DNA from: Macrostomum lignano
Taxonomy: Eukaryota
DNA: 64,000 nucleotides
Assembly: GCA_002269645.1 (NCBI GenBank)
Contig: NIVC01000213.1
Coordinates: forward strand, 44,158 to 108,157
Direction of reading: 5' to 3'
Below are positions 14,804 to 26,481 of the stretch, piece after piece. The notes below the pieces were generated by a model. That model was not told the origin of the DNA and searched no databases. It saw nothing but the letters and a program-made list of their open reading frames with translations. Made by a program: the position numbers and the translations under genes. Every line of letters starts with the position of its first letter. Position 1 is the stretch's first letter.

Positions 14804-15654
14804 ATAATAATGGGACTATGGCCATGGACAACTGAAGCAAAAGGCCGCAGCATTCGATTTGTCTATGGTGAAACCCCAAGAAATCTGAGTTGCCCATGAC
14901 AATGGTATGTCAGACATGCAGTCTATGGCCAAATCTCATTTGGTTTTCCGCCTTCAAGGCGGAGGCAAATAAATGAAAGCATGGCGTGACAGACTCACGG
15001 CCGGGGGCAAGGTGGGGAGGGGATTATAAATTCATATCTGTCTTGTCTAGGCCGCCTGGAAACCGAGAATTATAAGCCCAGCCCCATCTGCACTTTTTCC
15101 CACAGTCCAGGCCATACAATATTATCCTAGCCAGCTATACAGCGGCGAATAGCTGCAGATCCCTCAGCAAAACTGTTTCGGGATCATCTCTTCAACCGCC
15201 TGCTAGCTCGTTTAGCCACCTCCTCTCGTTGGTGGTCCATGAATTCGCTTAATTCCCCACCCAACAGTTGCATCCGCCACGGTCTGGTTCCGCCCTCTCG
15301 CTGCCTGCCCGGCCCTTCACTGGCTCTTTCTTTTAATCTGGCTCCGGGATCTTTCTTTGCCTCTTTGCATTGTTGAAGATGCAAGCCCGCAGGCTCGAGT
15401 CTTAAGCCGCTGGCCGATCCGCATGAGTCTTGGGCTTCGCTCGCAACCGCCCCGTCCCCCATATTTCTGTCTTTCAGTCTTCTCTGCTCAATCAGACAGT
15501 CGGTCAGCAAAGCTCGAAGACCTCGTTTGCATAGGGGAAGTTTGCCCGACTTCGCTGAAAGTAGCAACTTTTTTAGACTGACAAATGCTGAATCCGAGGT
15601 TTGCAAATGGTGAGCGGGCAGCTTTGTAAGATAAAGGCGGTAGGACAGAGACCT

Positions 15655-16725
15655 GTAGTTTTTTACTGTCAGAGATCTGCAGTTTATGACTGTCAGAGAT
15701 CTGCAGTTTATGACTGTCAGAGATCTGCAGTTTATGACTGTCAGAGATCTGCAGTTTATGACTGTCAGAGATTTGCAGCTTATGACTGTCATCAGAGATC
15801 TGCAGTTTATGACTGTCAGAGATCTGCAGTTTATGACTGTCAGAGATCTGCAGTTTATGACTGTCAGAGATCTGCAGTTTATGACTGTCAGAGATCTGCA
15901 GTTTATGACTGTCAGAGATCTGCAGTTTATGACTGTCAGAGATCTGTAGTTTTTTACTGTCAGAGATCTGCAGTTTATGACTGTCAGAGATCTGCAGTTT
16001 ATGACTGTCAGAGACCTGTTGTTTTTTACTGTCAGAGATCTGCAGTTTATGACTGTCAGAGATCTGCAGTTTATGACTGTCAGAGATCTGCAGTTTATGA
16101 CTGTCAGAGATCTGCAGTTTATGACTGTCAGAGATCTGCAGTTTATGACTGCCAGAGACCTGTAGTTTTTTACTGTCAGAGATCTGCAGTTTATGACTGT
16201 CAGAGATCTGCAGTTTATGACTGTCAGAGATCTGCAGTTTATGACTGTCAGAGATCTGCAGTTTATGACTGTCAGAGATCTGCAGTTTATGACTGTCACA
16301 ATCTGTAGTTTATGACTGTCACAATCTGTAGTTTATGACTGTCACAATCTGTAGTTTAACTGTCACAATCTGTAGTTTATGACTGTCACCATCTGTAGTT
16401 TATGACTGTCACAATCTTTAGTTTATGACTGTCACAATCTGTAGTTTAACTGTCACAATCTGTAGTTTGACTGTCAAAATCTGTAGTTTGACTGTCACAA
16501 TCTTTAGTTTATGACTGTCACAATCTGTAGTTTAACTGTCACAATCTGTAGTTTATGACTGTCACAATCTGTAGTTTGACTGTCAAAATCTGTAGTTTGA
16601 CTGTCACAATCTTTAGTTTATGACTGTCACAATCTGTAGTTTAACTGTCACAATCTGTAGTTTATGACTGTCACAATCTGTAGTTTATGACTGCCACAAT
16701 CTGTAGTTTATGACTGCCGGAATCT
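15655..16725. repeat. Compound minisatellite: 24-nt TGTCAGAGATCTGCAGTTTATGAC grading into about 23-nt TGTCACAATCTGTAGTTTATGAC
   Basis: Direct inspection; the unit type switches near 16295. Confidence 0.95.
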
Positions 16726-17187
16726 GAAGCCATCTCGAGTTTAGTCCAGGGCATTTTAGCAGTTCGAACTCAAGTGATAATGCGTAAACTCACTTATAAA
16801 AATGTATCAATACTACAAATTAAAAACGTCAAGTACAAAACAATAAAAACAGCCAAGTGCACCGGAATCATTGGACAATCCACTGCAATATTGGTATTCG
16901 AGAAGAGGTAATGAGAAGAGCCAAGCCTATGCAAATGCTTGGATCTGGCCAAGAAAGGAAATAAATCTTTTTCTCCCTCATCTTGGAATGCATTTTCTCT
17001 TCAGCTGAATCCGGGAGTAGATTGGAGATTAGGCGGCCTAACACTCTGTTTTAGCCCGCTAAGACTCATAATTTACAATGCCGCACATCTCTTTGCATTG
17101 GAAATTGGACTCGAGCGATGGATACAGAAATCTCAGTGCGCACTGCATGGCTGCCAATGTTGATTAGGAGTCAGATTTTTGGGGCAT

Positions 17188-17355
17188 TTTACATCCGTGA
17201 CATGAGGGAGATGCCCAATTTACATCCGTGACGCTTTGACGATACCCAATTTACATCCGTGACGCTATGAAGATACCCAATTTACATCCGTGACGCTTTG
17301 ACGATACCCAATTTACATCCGTGACGCTATGACGATACCCAATTTACATCCGTAA
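17188..17355. repeat. 31-nt short tandem array TTTACATCCGTGACGCTTTGACGATACCCAA
   Basis: About 5 copies. Confidence 0.85.
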
Positions 17356-17774
17356 TACTGTGATATTTCGAAGCAACCCAACTCAAAAAGTAAGTCCTAT
17401 CAGATCAGCCAATGCGTACTTGAGCACGTTTGCAAAGACTTCTCTATCTACGACTCGTACAAGCTTCATATTCAACTCATCTACATGCTACGGAGACCTC
17501 AGGCCAAAATGTTTTGAATTATCGCTGGCACTTTAGCCTGCGAAGGTCGAGAAGCAATGAGATCTATCAAGTTTAGCCAATTCCCCATCAACTAAGTAGC
17601 TGAAATGCGACACCAAAACCCCTGGCAAAAAAAAGTTAAAGAAAGTTGATTCTGCCTCAGATCTAAGTTTATCCTCACAACACTGAATGAACCGTTGATC
17701 AAATTTTAACCCGCCTTGCCTAGAGCTGCACATTTTGTAATCGTTCTATCTAACTGAAACTTCATTCACGAAAG

Positions 17775-19245
17775 GTGATCACAGATCTGTCAGCAAGAAT
17801 TCACAGATCTGTCAGCAGTAATTCACAGATCTATCAGCAGGAATTCACAGATCTGTCAGCAGTAATTCACAAATCTGTCAGCAGTAATTCACAGATCTAT
17901 CAGCAGGAATTCACAGATCTATTAGCAGGAATTCACAGATCTATCAGCAGTAATTCACAGATCTATCAGCAGGAATTCACAGATCTATTAGCAGGAATTC
18001 ACAGATCTGTCAGCGGGAATTCATAGATCTGTCAGCGGGAATTCACAGATCTGTCAGAAATAGTTCACAGATCTGTCAGCAGGAATTCACAGATCTGTCA
18101 GAAATAGTTCACAGATCTGTCAGAAATAGTTCACAGATCTGTCAGCAGGAATTCACAGATCTGTCAGAAGCATTTCCCAGATCTGTCAGAAGCATTTCCC
18201 AGATCTGTCAGAAGCATTTCCCAGATCTGTCAGAAACATTTCACAGATCTGTCAGAATGATTTCACAGGTCTGTCAGAAACATTTCACAGGTCTGTCAGA
18301 AACATTTTACAAATCTTTCAGAAACATTTTACAGATCTGTCAGAAACATTTCACAGATCTGCCAGCAGGAATTCACAGATCTGTCAGCAGGAATTCACAG
18401 ATCTGTCAGCAGTAATTCACAAATCTGTCAGCAGTAATTCACAGATCTATCAGCAGGAATTCACAGATCTGTCAGCAGTAATTCACAAATCTATCAGCAG
18501 TAATTCACAGATCTATCAGCAGTAATTCACAGATCTATCAGCAGGAATTCACAGATCTATTAGCAGGAATTCACAGATCTGTCAGCGGGAATTCATAGAT
18601 CTGTCAGCGGGAATTCACAGATCTGTCAGAAATAGTTCACAGATCTGTCAGCAGGAATTCACAGATCTGTCAGAAGCATTTCCCAGATCTGTCAGCAGGA
18701 ATTCACAGATCTGTCAGAAACATTTCACAGATCTGTCAGAATGATTTCACAGGTCTGTCAGAAACATTCACAGATCTGTCAGAATGATTTCACAGGTCTG
18801 TCAGAAACTTTCACAGATCTGTCAGAATGATTTCACAGATCTGCAGAAATTTCACAGATCTGCCAGCAGGAATTCACAGATCTGCCAGCAGGAATTCACA
18901 GATCTGCCAGCAGGAATTCACAGATCTGCCAGCAGGAATTCACAGATCTGCCAGCAGGAATTCACAGATCTGCCAGCAGGAATTCACAGATCTGCCAGCA
19001 GGAATTCACAGATCTGCCAGCAGGAATTCACAGATCTGCCAGCAGGAATTCACAGATCTGCCAGCAGGAATTCACAGATCTGTCAGCAGGAATTCACAGA
19101 TCTGCCAGCAGGAATTCACAGATCTGCCAGCAGGAATTCACAGATCTGCCAGCAGGAATTCACAGATCTGCCAGCAGGAATTCACAGATCTGCCAGCAGG
19201 AATTCACAGATCTGCCAGCAGGAATTCACAGATCTGTCAGAGATA
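17775..19245. repeat. 22-nt minisatellite CACAGATCTG(T/C)CAGCAGGAATT
   Basis: Direct inspection. Confidence 0.96.
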
Positions 19246-19329
19246 GTTCAGAAAGCTTGCAAGCTTCAGCAGTCTCCCTTTTCTTTCTTAAGCCTTTGAA
19301 TATTCTTCTGGCATAGAGATCAGTGCCTT

Positions 19330-19950
19330 TGGACTCGGAGCCACACATGGTTGAATTCACACGGCACATTAATTCTAGGCCACTGAGTCAATAATGCTAT
19401 AATCTACAAAGTCAATATCAGTGCCAAAAAAGAACTGTTTGCATATCGGGTTAGCTTTCTTCGAAATCGTGTCCAACAAGCCGTCAAGAATTTGTGACAC
19501 AACTCAATTATGTTTGGTGAAACTGGCTGAGAAAGGACTTAAATCATGGAGATTGGTCAGTTTAACCATTCACCGTGGTACCACTTGGCACAGCGTGATC
19601 AGCCAAGAGACCGTGAGCACAGAGGCTATGAGCAGTGGTGATTATAGCTGAAATTTTATAAACAGGCTGAAATGATATGCAATCAGGTTTGTGTGACGTT
19701 TCAGTGCGTTAACTTTTCTTTGTCGAGAGTTGGAAACCAATGCAGATGACTTTTTGATGATCCTGAATTTGACCATTGGCACAGACACAATTCAGGGCTT
19801 GCTGCCTTCTATTCTAAAAATTACCATGCAGTTTCCCAGCAGAGCCCTACAACTAAACTATAATACTACATCGCTAAGCAGACACTCCAAATTTGTCGTC
19901 CCGCGTGTGTCCAAGAAAAAAGTTCTGCATTTCACACAGTGGCCACTCCA
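19330..19950 (+). mobile_element. Possible degraded CR1/L2-type LINE 3' fragment
   Basis: Broken frames give weak resemblance to the C-terminus of LINE ORF2 (PWYHL.., NRLK, RHSKFVVPRVSKK). Many stops; the similarity is weak. Confidence 0.3.
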
Positions 19951-20309
19951 CGACCGGGGTGGACATGCTCGAGGCAGCCAGACAACTCTCTGTCCTGCCT
20001 ATCCAAGCCTGATCGGTCAAGTGGAGCAGCATCAGCGGAGGCCCTGACTGACATTGATTGTTTCAGCGCATTGGCGTGTCATCGTAGCCAGAAGCAAATT
20101 GACTAACCTGCTACTTGCACTAGCTGTGCCTGACCGCGAAAGTTCACCGGCTCAATAACTTGATGCGGCAGCGTTGGCAATGGATCAATTTCTCCTCTAA
20201 GCCTAACTTTAAAGTCTAAATTTAGATTGATTGTTCGACAGTCACACTACCTGAAAAAATCTTTTCCAAGATATCAAATAGCTATCTTAAAGTCGAAAAA
20301 GCGTCCTTA

Positions 20310-20690
20310 AAAATAGTCAATCACATCAAAAGCTCATCTCTAGAAGTAGTCAACCACATCAAAATCTCTAATCTAGAAGTAGTCAATCACATTAAATCTC
20401 TAATCTAGAAGTAGTCAATCAATCAAATCTCTCATCTAGAAGTAGTCAATCACATCAAAATCTCTAATCTAGAGTAGTCGATTGCATCAAAATCTCTCAT
20501 CTAGAAGTAGTCAATCACATCCATTTCTCCTCTACTTGGCTCTACCATCTCTCTACTAAAAATGGTCTTCAAAATCTCATCTCTAGAAGTAGTCAATCAC
20601 ATCAAAATCTCATCGCTAGAAGTATTCAATCACATAAAAATCTCTAATCTAGAAGTAGTCGATCGCATCAAAATCTCATCGCTAGAAGTT
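20310..20690. repeat. About 33-nt degenerate array ATCTCTAATCTAGAAGTAGTCAATCACATCAAA
   Basis: Direct inspection. Confidence 0.85.
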
Positions 20691-21479
20691 GTCGCTGCCT
20701 CATCAAGTCCTACATCCTTGACCCTTGCCCCTCCATTTAGCTGAATTGGCTGAGTCCGTCTTGATTGCGGGTCTCGTGGGGTGCAAGCAGACAAAGCAGA
20801 GAGTGAACCAAGGAAAGAGGAACTCGCTTTGTTGAGTGCACGGATCTGGTGGCAGGACCATGGAGAACACAAGTAAAGATCTGGGTTAGAGAAATTTCCC
20901 GACCCTGTAAACCTCAAAGAGAACTCAATGTTTATAAAAATGGATTGACCAAAAGTTAGCTTTGATAACTGTTAGTAAAAGCTGACGCTGACACTCACCT
21001 GTTTGCATGAACTGAAAATTTGACATTTGGGAAAATTTTAATAAATCCAGTTAATAAATTACTAAAGCTCCCTGCCTCAGGGCGGTGGGGCAGAGCGCGG
21101 CAATAAAAAAGCATGAAGCAACAATCGAAAAGAAAGCTTTTTTTAGGCAAAACTCCACCCCACTAACCCATCCACTGCAATTTCGTGAGAGAGCTCTCCC
21201 CACAGGGAGTCCTAGGGAATAGAATCTGGACTGGCAAAAACGGGACTCAATGATGAATTGTAAACCGAAGTCCCGGCTATGAAGGCTTTGCATAGCAGAG
21301 TGCTGAGACGGCAGCGATAGTCTATGGCCAGCCCTGCTTTACGTTTCACGTCTTACATCTGGGTTAATTTCGGACTCGTGCACGGAAATTGGTCACGAGA
21401 GCTGGAACTTGCGCGATAGTCCAAGAGAGCTAGCACCCAAGGAGCCTGACGGTGACAAAGTCAGGGCGCCGTACACCCT

Positions 21480-21678
21480 GGGCCGTATGCAGAAAGCTTA
21501 GTCCAGACTAGCTAGTCCGGACTTGGGTAGTTCAGTCTATAGTCTATGGTTTAGCTACCCTAGTTCTGTCTATAGTAGACCGGTCTAACTTTGTTTCTGC
21601 ATACCAAATCCAAGTCCAGAGTCCAGACTAGCTTTTCAAGACCGGACTACCCTAGACAGAGCTTTCTGCATACGGCCC
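21480..21678. mobile_element. 199-bp MITE, PIF/Harbinger-like
   Basis: Perfect 19-bp TIRs GGGCCGTATGCAGAAAGCT (21480-21498) and AGCTTTCTGCATACGGCCC (21660-21678), flanked by CCT on both sides (3-bp TSD). Internal AGTCCAGACTAG repeats. Confidence 0.75.
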
Positions 21679-22439
21679 CCTGTGTGAGCATGTGCCTGCG
21701 TACGTATGTGTTCCTGCTCAGGGGTCAGTTATATAAGTTTTAGATAGCGCCTTCCAGTCGGAGATCCATAACCAATCCAGACATCTATAACTTCAAGGCG
21801 TCCCTGTCTGCCGCTCCAGTCTCTCTCAGAGTTTCCTGCTGCAGCGCACAAAAAGCGGACAGGCTCCGATGAGCGATGGGAAATCAGCTTGGCGCCAAAG
21901 CGACTCAAAGTTGAACAAAAAAATCAACGAGAGACCAAAGTCGAAACTTCCAGATTTACAGTTTTCTCCACAAACCTTTGTCTACTGAATGGGAGCATGA
22001 TTTAGCCATGCGCAATAAACAATAACGCGCAAAGGCTGAAACAAATGGAATGATTTTTTTGCAGAAAACTTGCTTCCGGAAGGAGTTCAGAGTTGGCTTG
22101 TTGATTATAGATTTTTTGCTAAAGAATTGCCATGAGCTCTCGAGAAATTATTTAAATTTGATTGAAAAAAAATTTTTTTGATTAAAATAGATTAATAAAG
22201 TGATTAAACAAATTGAAAAACCTTTTCTGAATGAATTCGGCATTTATGTATTTACATGCACCTTCTCTACTAAGAGTAGTATGCAAAGAAACGCTAATTT
22301 GTTAAAAAAAACAACATAGAATCGCCAATAGGAAATGCGTACAAGTTATGGAAACATTTTCATAAATTTTTGCCTTTGTCTTCAGCCACATTTGGCAGTG
22401 ACCACTGAAACCTCAAGCAGCTTGGCCACCCAAGTTTCC

Positions 22440-22742
22440 AGCAGCCAGTCACACTGCAGGCAGCCAGTCACACTGCAGGCAGCCAGTCACACTGCAGGCA
22501 GCCAGTCACACTGCAGGCAGCCAGTCACACTGCAGGCAGCCAGTCACACTGCAGGCAGCCAGTCACACTGCAGGCAGCCAGTCACACTGCAGGCAGCCAG
22601 TCACACTGCAGGCAGCCAGTCACACTGCAGGCAGCCAGTCACACTGCAGGCAGCCAGTCACACTGCAGGCAGCCAGTCACACTGCAGGCAGCCAGTCACA
22701 CTGCAGGCAGCCAGTCACACTGCAGGCAGCCAGTCACACTCC
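22440..22742. repeat. 19-nt minisatellite GCAGCCAGTCACACTGCAG abutting the TSEN2 stop codon
   Basis: Direct inspection. Confidence 0.96.
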
Positions 22743-23667
22743 AGACAGCCTGGTCACCGAAGTCTCCAGGAGCCGAGCTGAGGCCACGCAGGCGGCCGGA
22801 TCGTCAAGGTCGGCGGCCTGCAAGCTGATGCGGCAGAGCAGCAGCCGACGGCCGCAGCGTTCGGCGACGCGAGCAACGGCGAGGCGGCCGCGCCACGAGC
22901 TAGCTGGACCGTCGGGCTCCTCGGGCAGCAGCAGCACAGCGTAGCTGGCGTGATAAAACGCCGGGCCCTGTGCGTACAGTAGAAAATCGGCGCCAACGCT
23001 GGCGCCATCCTTTGGCACCCAGCCGCGCGATCGGTAGTGCTGGTAGGCCGCGTACAGCTGGGCGAATCTGGGCAACTCGGAACGAAGGCGGAGCCACAGC
23101 TGGGCGCAGGTCAGCCCGGCAATGCGCAGGACGCCGCAGGCGAACATGAGGAAGAATGCCTCGGCTGGAGACAGCAGGAGCTGCAGGCCGGCGAAGCTGG
23201 AGGGGGGGGGGGTGAGGAGAGAGGGGGACTGGACATTTCATTTCAAGTCTACCCATTATAATAATGACTACTATTATGGGTTTGTGGTCACCCTGGTGCA
23301 ATGTCTACAGCGACATCATCCCACAACCAGTGCTGAGGCCACACCTGCCATCGCCGTCAGTTCGCACTGCCTGTCTCTTTCGCCTGGCCAGCTGCTGCTG
23401 CTGCTGCACTTCATCGCTGCCGCAGTCGGCATCCAACAGGATGCCAAATGCGCCGCCAGCGCGCAGAACTGCGGTGTCGCCTGGCAGGTCAACCAGGACG
23501 CCGGTGTCCTCGCCTTCGCAGATCAGGCGGCCAGTGGCGACAGCGAGGTGGCGAGGTCGAGCTGGACTGTCACTGGTGGGCAATGGCAGGAAGGTGCCAA
23601 CTGGCTGGCTCTGACCAGATGGCTTTGCATGTGCCAGTGGCTGCTGCTGCTGCTGCTGTTGTGCATC
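22734..23667 (-). CDS. TSEN2: tRNA-splicing endonuclease subunit Sen2-like (5'-incomplete)
   Basis: Exons 23667-23345 (acceptor TTTCAG|, donor GGCAG|GTGTGG) and 23196-22734 (acceptor polyC-CAG|) join in frame. The product contains LQLLLSPAEAFFLMFACG and AYQHYRSRGWVPKDG..GADFLLYAQGPAFYHASYAV, matching Sen2-family motifs (LSLEEAFFL; AYHYFRSKGWVPK.G..YG.DLLLYRKGPPFYHASY). No start codon identified. Confidence 0.88.
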
Positions 23668-26481
23668 CTGAAAGCAGATTATGTAATGTATGGCAATTAG
23701 CTAGGCCTATGATAATGTTTGCAAACTGTGAAAAGTTTTTATTAAATATATTTTTTCTCTTAAAAATTTAGACTTTAGTAATTGTGATTATAGTAATCAC
23801 TATATAACTACTCTACATATTACTAATAACATTAGAATAGAGAAAACTGGATAAAGAATTTTTAAAGGTATTAGTTTGAGATTTGAAGTTATAAGATCAT
23901 GTCAAATTTCTTAATGAATTGCATAGAGAAAAAATTGAATATAGAAAAAATATTTTTGCTATTTAGGGTTTAGGAGTATTACGAGTATAAGGGGAAATTA
24001 GCAAACCTATAAAAATATAAAGGTCTAAAAAAATTAACTTCCATATCTATAGAATTCTAAAAAGGGAAATTTGTTTATAAATAAAATTTAATTTGAAATT
24101 AATAATAAAATTGGTAATTGAATATTGATTATTATAACCTTGATAAAATTCCCATTAATCAAACTAATAAAATATGATATTTATAAATAGCAAATTCAAT
24201 TAACAAAATATTCTTTCTTAAAACTTTATTTTTAAACTTCATAATAAAAAATAGTAAAATAGTTGCTATTATATGAAAAACTTTACAGTATTCCTAGATT
24301 AGATTTATATTAAACAATTGCATTTAACTTGTATATTACCAAACAAAAGTTAAAAAAATCATTGCATTTAATAAATATCAAAATTTTAACTGGTTAATAT
24401 AAACATGCAACATTTTCTTTTCTCGATACTATCTTTTCAATAAATAGCCTAGTCACAGCAAAAAATAACATAAAATAGGTCTATTCAATATGCAAGTAAG
24501 CTTAGTTAATGCAAAAAATGATTGATAAAGCAATTTTGTTAGGCTCAGTTATATGGGCCTATACTCTGGTATGTAGTTTTGGTTAATTCAGGGGTTTTAG
24601 TCATGCTAAAACATTACATTCTAAAAAAGCTTTATTAGGTATTTTAATTTTAGGTAAATGCTTTTTATGCATTTTATTTTTATTAGACTTCTCCTCTACG
24701 CTCCTACGCAACATATCGCATCGACAAAGCATCTTATACATTAGTAAAAACCATTCAGAAAATGAACCAAAGAACCTTCCCATCACCAGCACTTGTGAGT
24801 AATAAGTAACACAGAAAAACAGGTGTGTGCACAATGCGTGCTCGTGCTCTCGTGGTCGTGGACAAGCCATTTCGCGGAAATTTTCAATTTTAAAATAAAT
24901 TCCGAGCCGTACAAAGCCGGTCTGTTATTTAGATAATGATCAGAAGAGTCCCAACTTCCATATATTTGTTTGACAATTAAATTATTGAATTCTAGACAAT
25001 TTTCTGAATGGCATTCTTCATTAAACTAGTTTCAGACATATAAATCAATTAAAAGTATTGAAATTTAATTGGAATTTAAATACTTCCGATCGAAATGCAT
25101 GGCATGGTTTTAGCTCTGCTCGCGGTATCACTTCTGGTCTGGATGAATCTAGCGCCAACCGCCAAGGACCACTAGAAGTACCGTTGGTTATTAGAGGTAA
25201 CTTCTAGTGGTCCTTGTCTTGCGCCCAAGTAATTAGAATTGGTATCGTTAGTGGCTGTACTAATTTAGGACTCTGACACAAAAATTGACGTTTGTTTGTT
25301 GCGTGATCAATCATCACACGGGTGTTTTGCGTATCCGCATGCCTGTGCGTGCTCTTTGCGGAACTTGCCTCCTCGCTGGCGACGGGACGGCTGTCGGTCG
25401 GATCGATATTAGATTTGCGACAGTGCCAGACCAAAGTCCTTGCGAACTGTGAAAAAGGCAATCGCATTGCTTCAAGCTATAGCCATTTCTTTCTGGGGAT
25501 CTTAATTGCATGGGTCCGCGCATCTACCCACATGTACATGTAGTGACTCAGCCCCTAGCTAGCAGGCATGCAGTTCCCTATCTACTCGTATATTTTGGTG
25601 ACTGTGAATACCTTTATGCTATATATACACTTTTCCCGCTACACAGGCGTTATATACATTGTACCTAGTATATTTATACATAATTTTTTTCAGTCCACCT
25701 TCTCCTTTACCATGATTCAGTACAAAGCATACATGTACATCTACATGTATGGCACATGAAAATGATGACACGCGCAACAAAGATAACCACAATGCTCTTT
25801 AACACCACAATTGGTGTGAAATTTAACCAATCTTGACCACGTGTTTAATGAAAGTTTACTTCTAAAACAAATACCTGAAAAATCTAAAGGTCTTCTCAGC
25901 AATTAATGATTGGCACAAGGAGATTCGGAGACAAATTACGACAGCGCCATGATCTATTGTTAAAGGTAAAAAATTTTATAAATTTGGTTGGAAAATAATA
26001 TGCTTTGCAGCCATCAGAATCTCATGTGAAATCAGTTGGTCGTACATGCATATATGGAGAATGAAAATTAAGGAGAAATGCGGTGATACATGTACATGAT
26101 AATTATGCTCGTGATACGTTCCGAATAAGTTTGGATTACTGCGCTGCTTAAAAAGGAAAACTAATTGACTTTACTTGAGTACCACTTATGTTAACTTTAT
26201 TGTGCAGCTGGTTGGTGCAGGTAACAGTTGCCTCAAAGCTGTCGATCCAATTACTGAACGTCTGAATAGCTCAGCATCTGGGGGAGAGCCACAGTCTCCT
26301 GTTTTCTCGTCACCATGGTAACAAGGCTTGGAGACAAATATGCAGCGTAAAGGTATGCAAGCTATCCCTTCTCAAGCACAGACGCCCCAGCTGAGTATTG
26401 GAAGGAAGCAATATTTTATACTGCACCTGCTGAAAGCAGGACAATTCAGCAACACAGTTTAAATAATCAACAAGCTGCACA

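Noticed and set aside
25314-25523. Candidate first exon of TSEN2 (..MRIRKTP|GTGTGA)
   Set aside because: No convincing Sen2 similarity and a weak donor; the 5' end is left unresolved.
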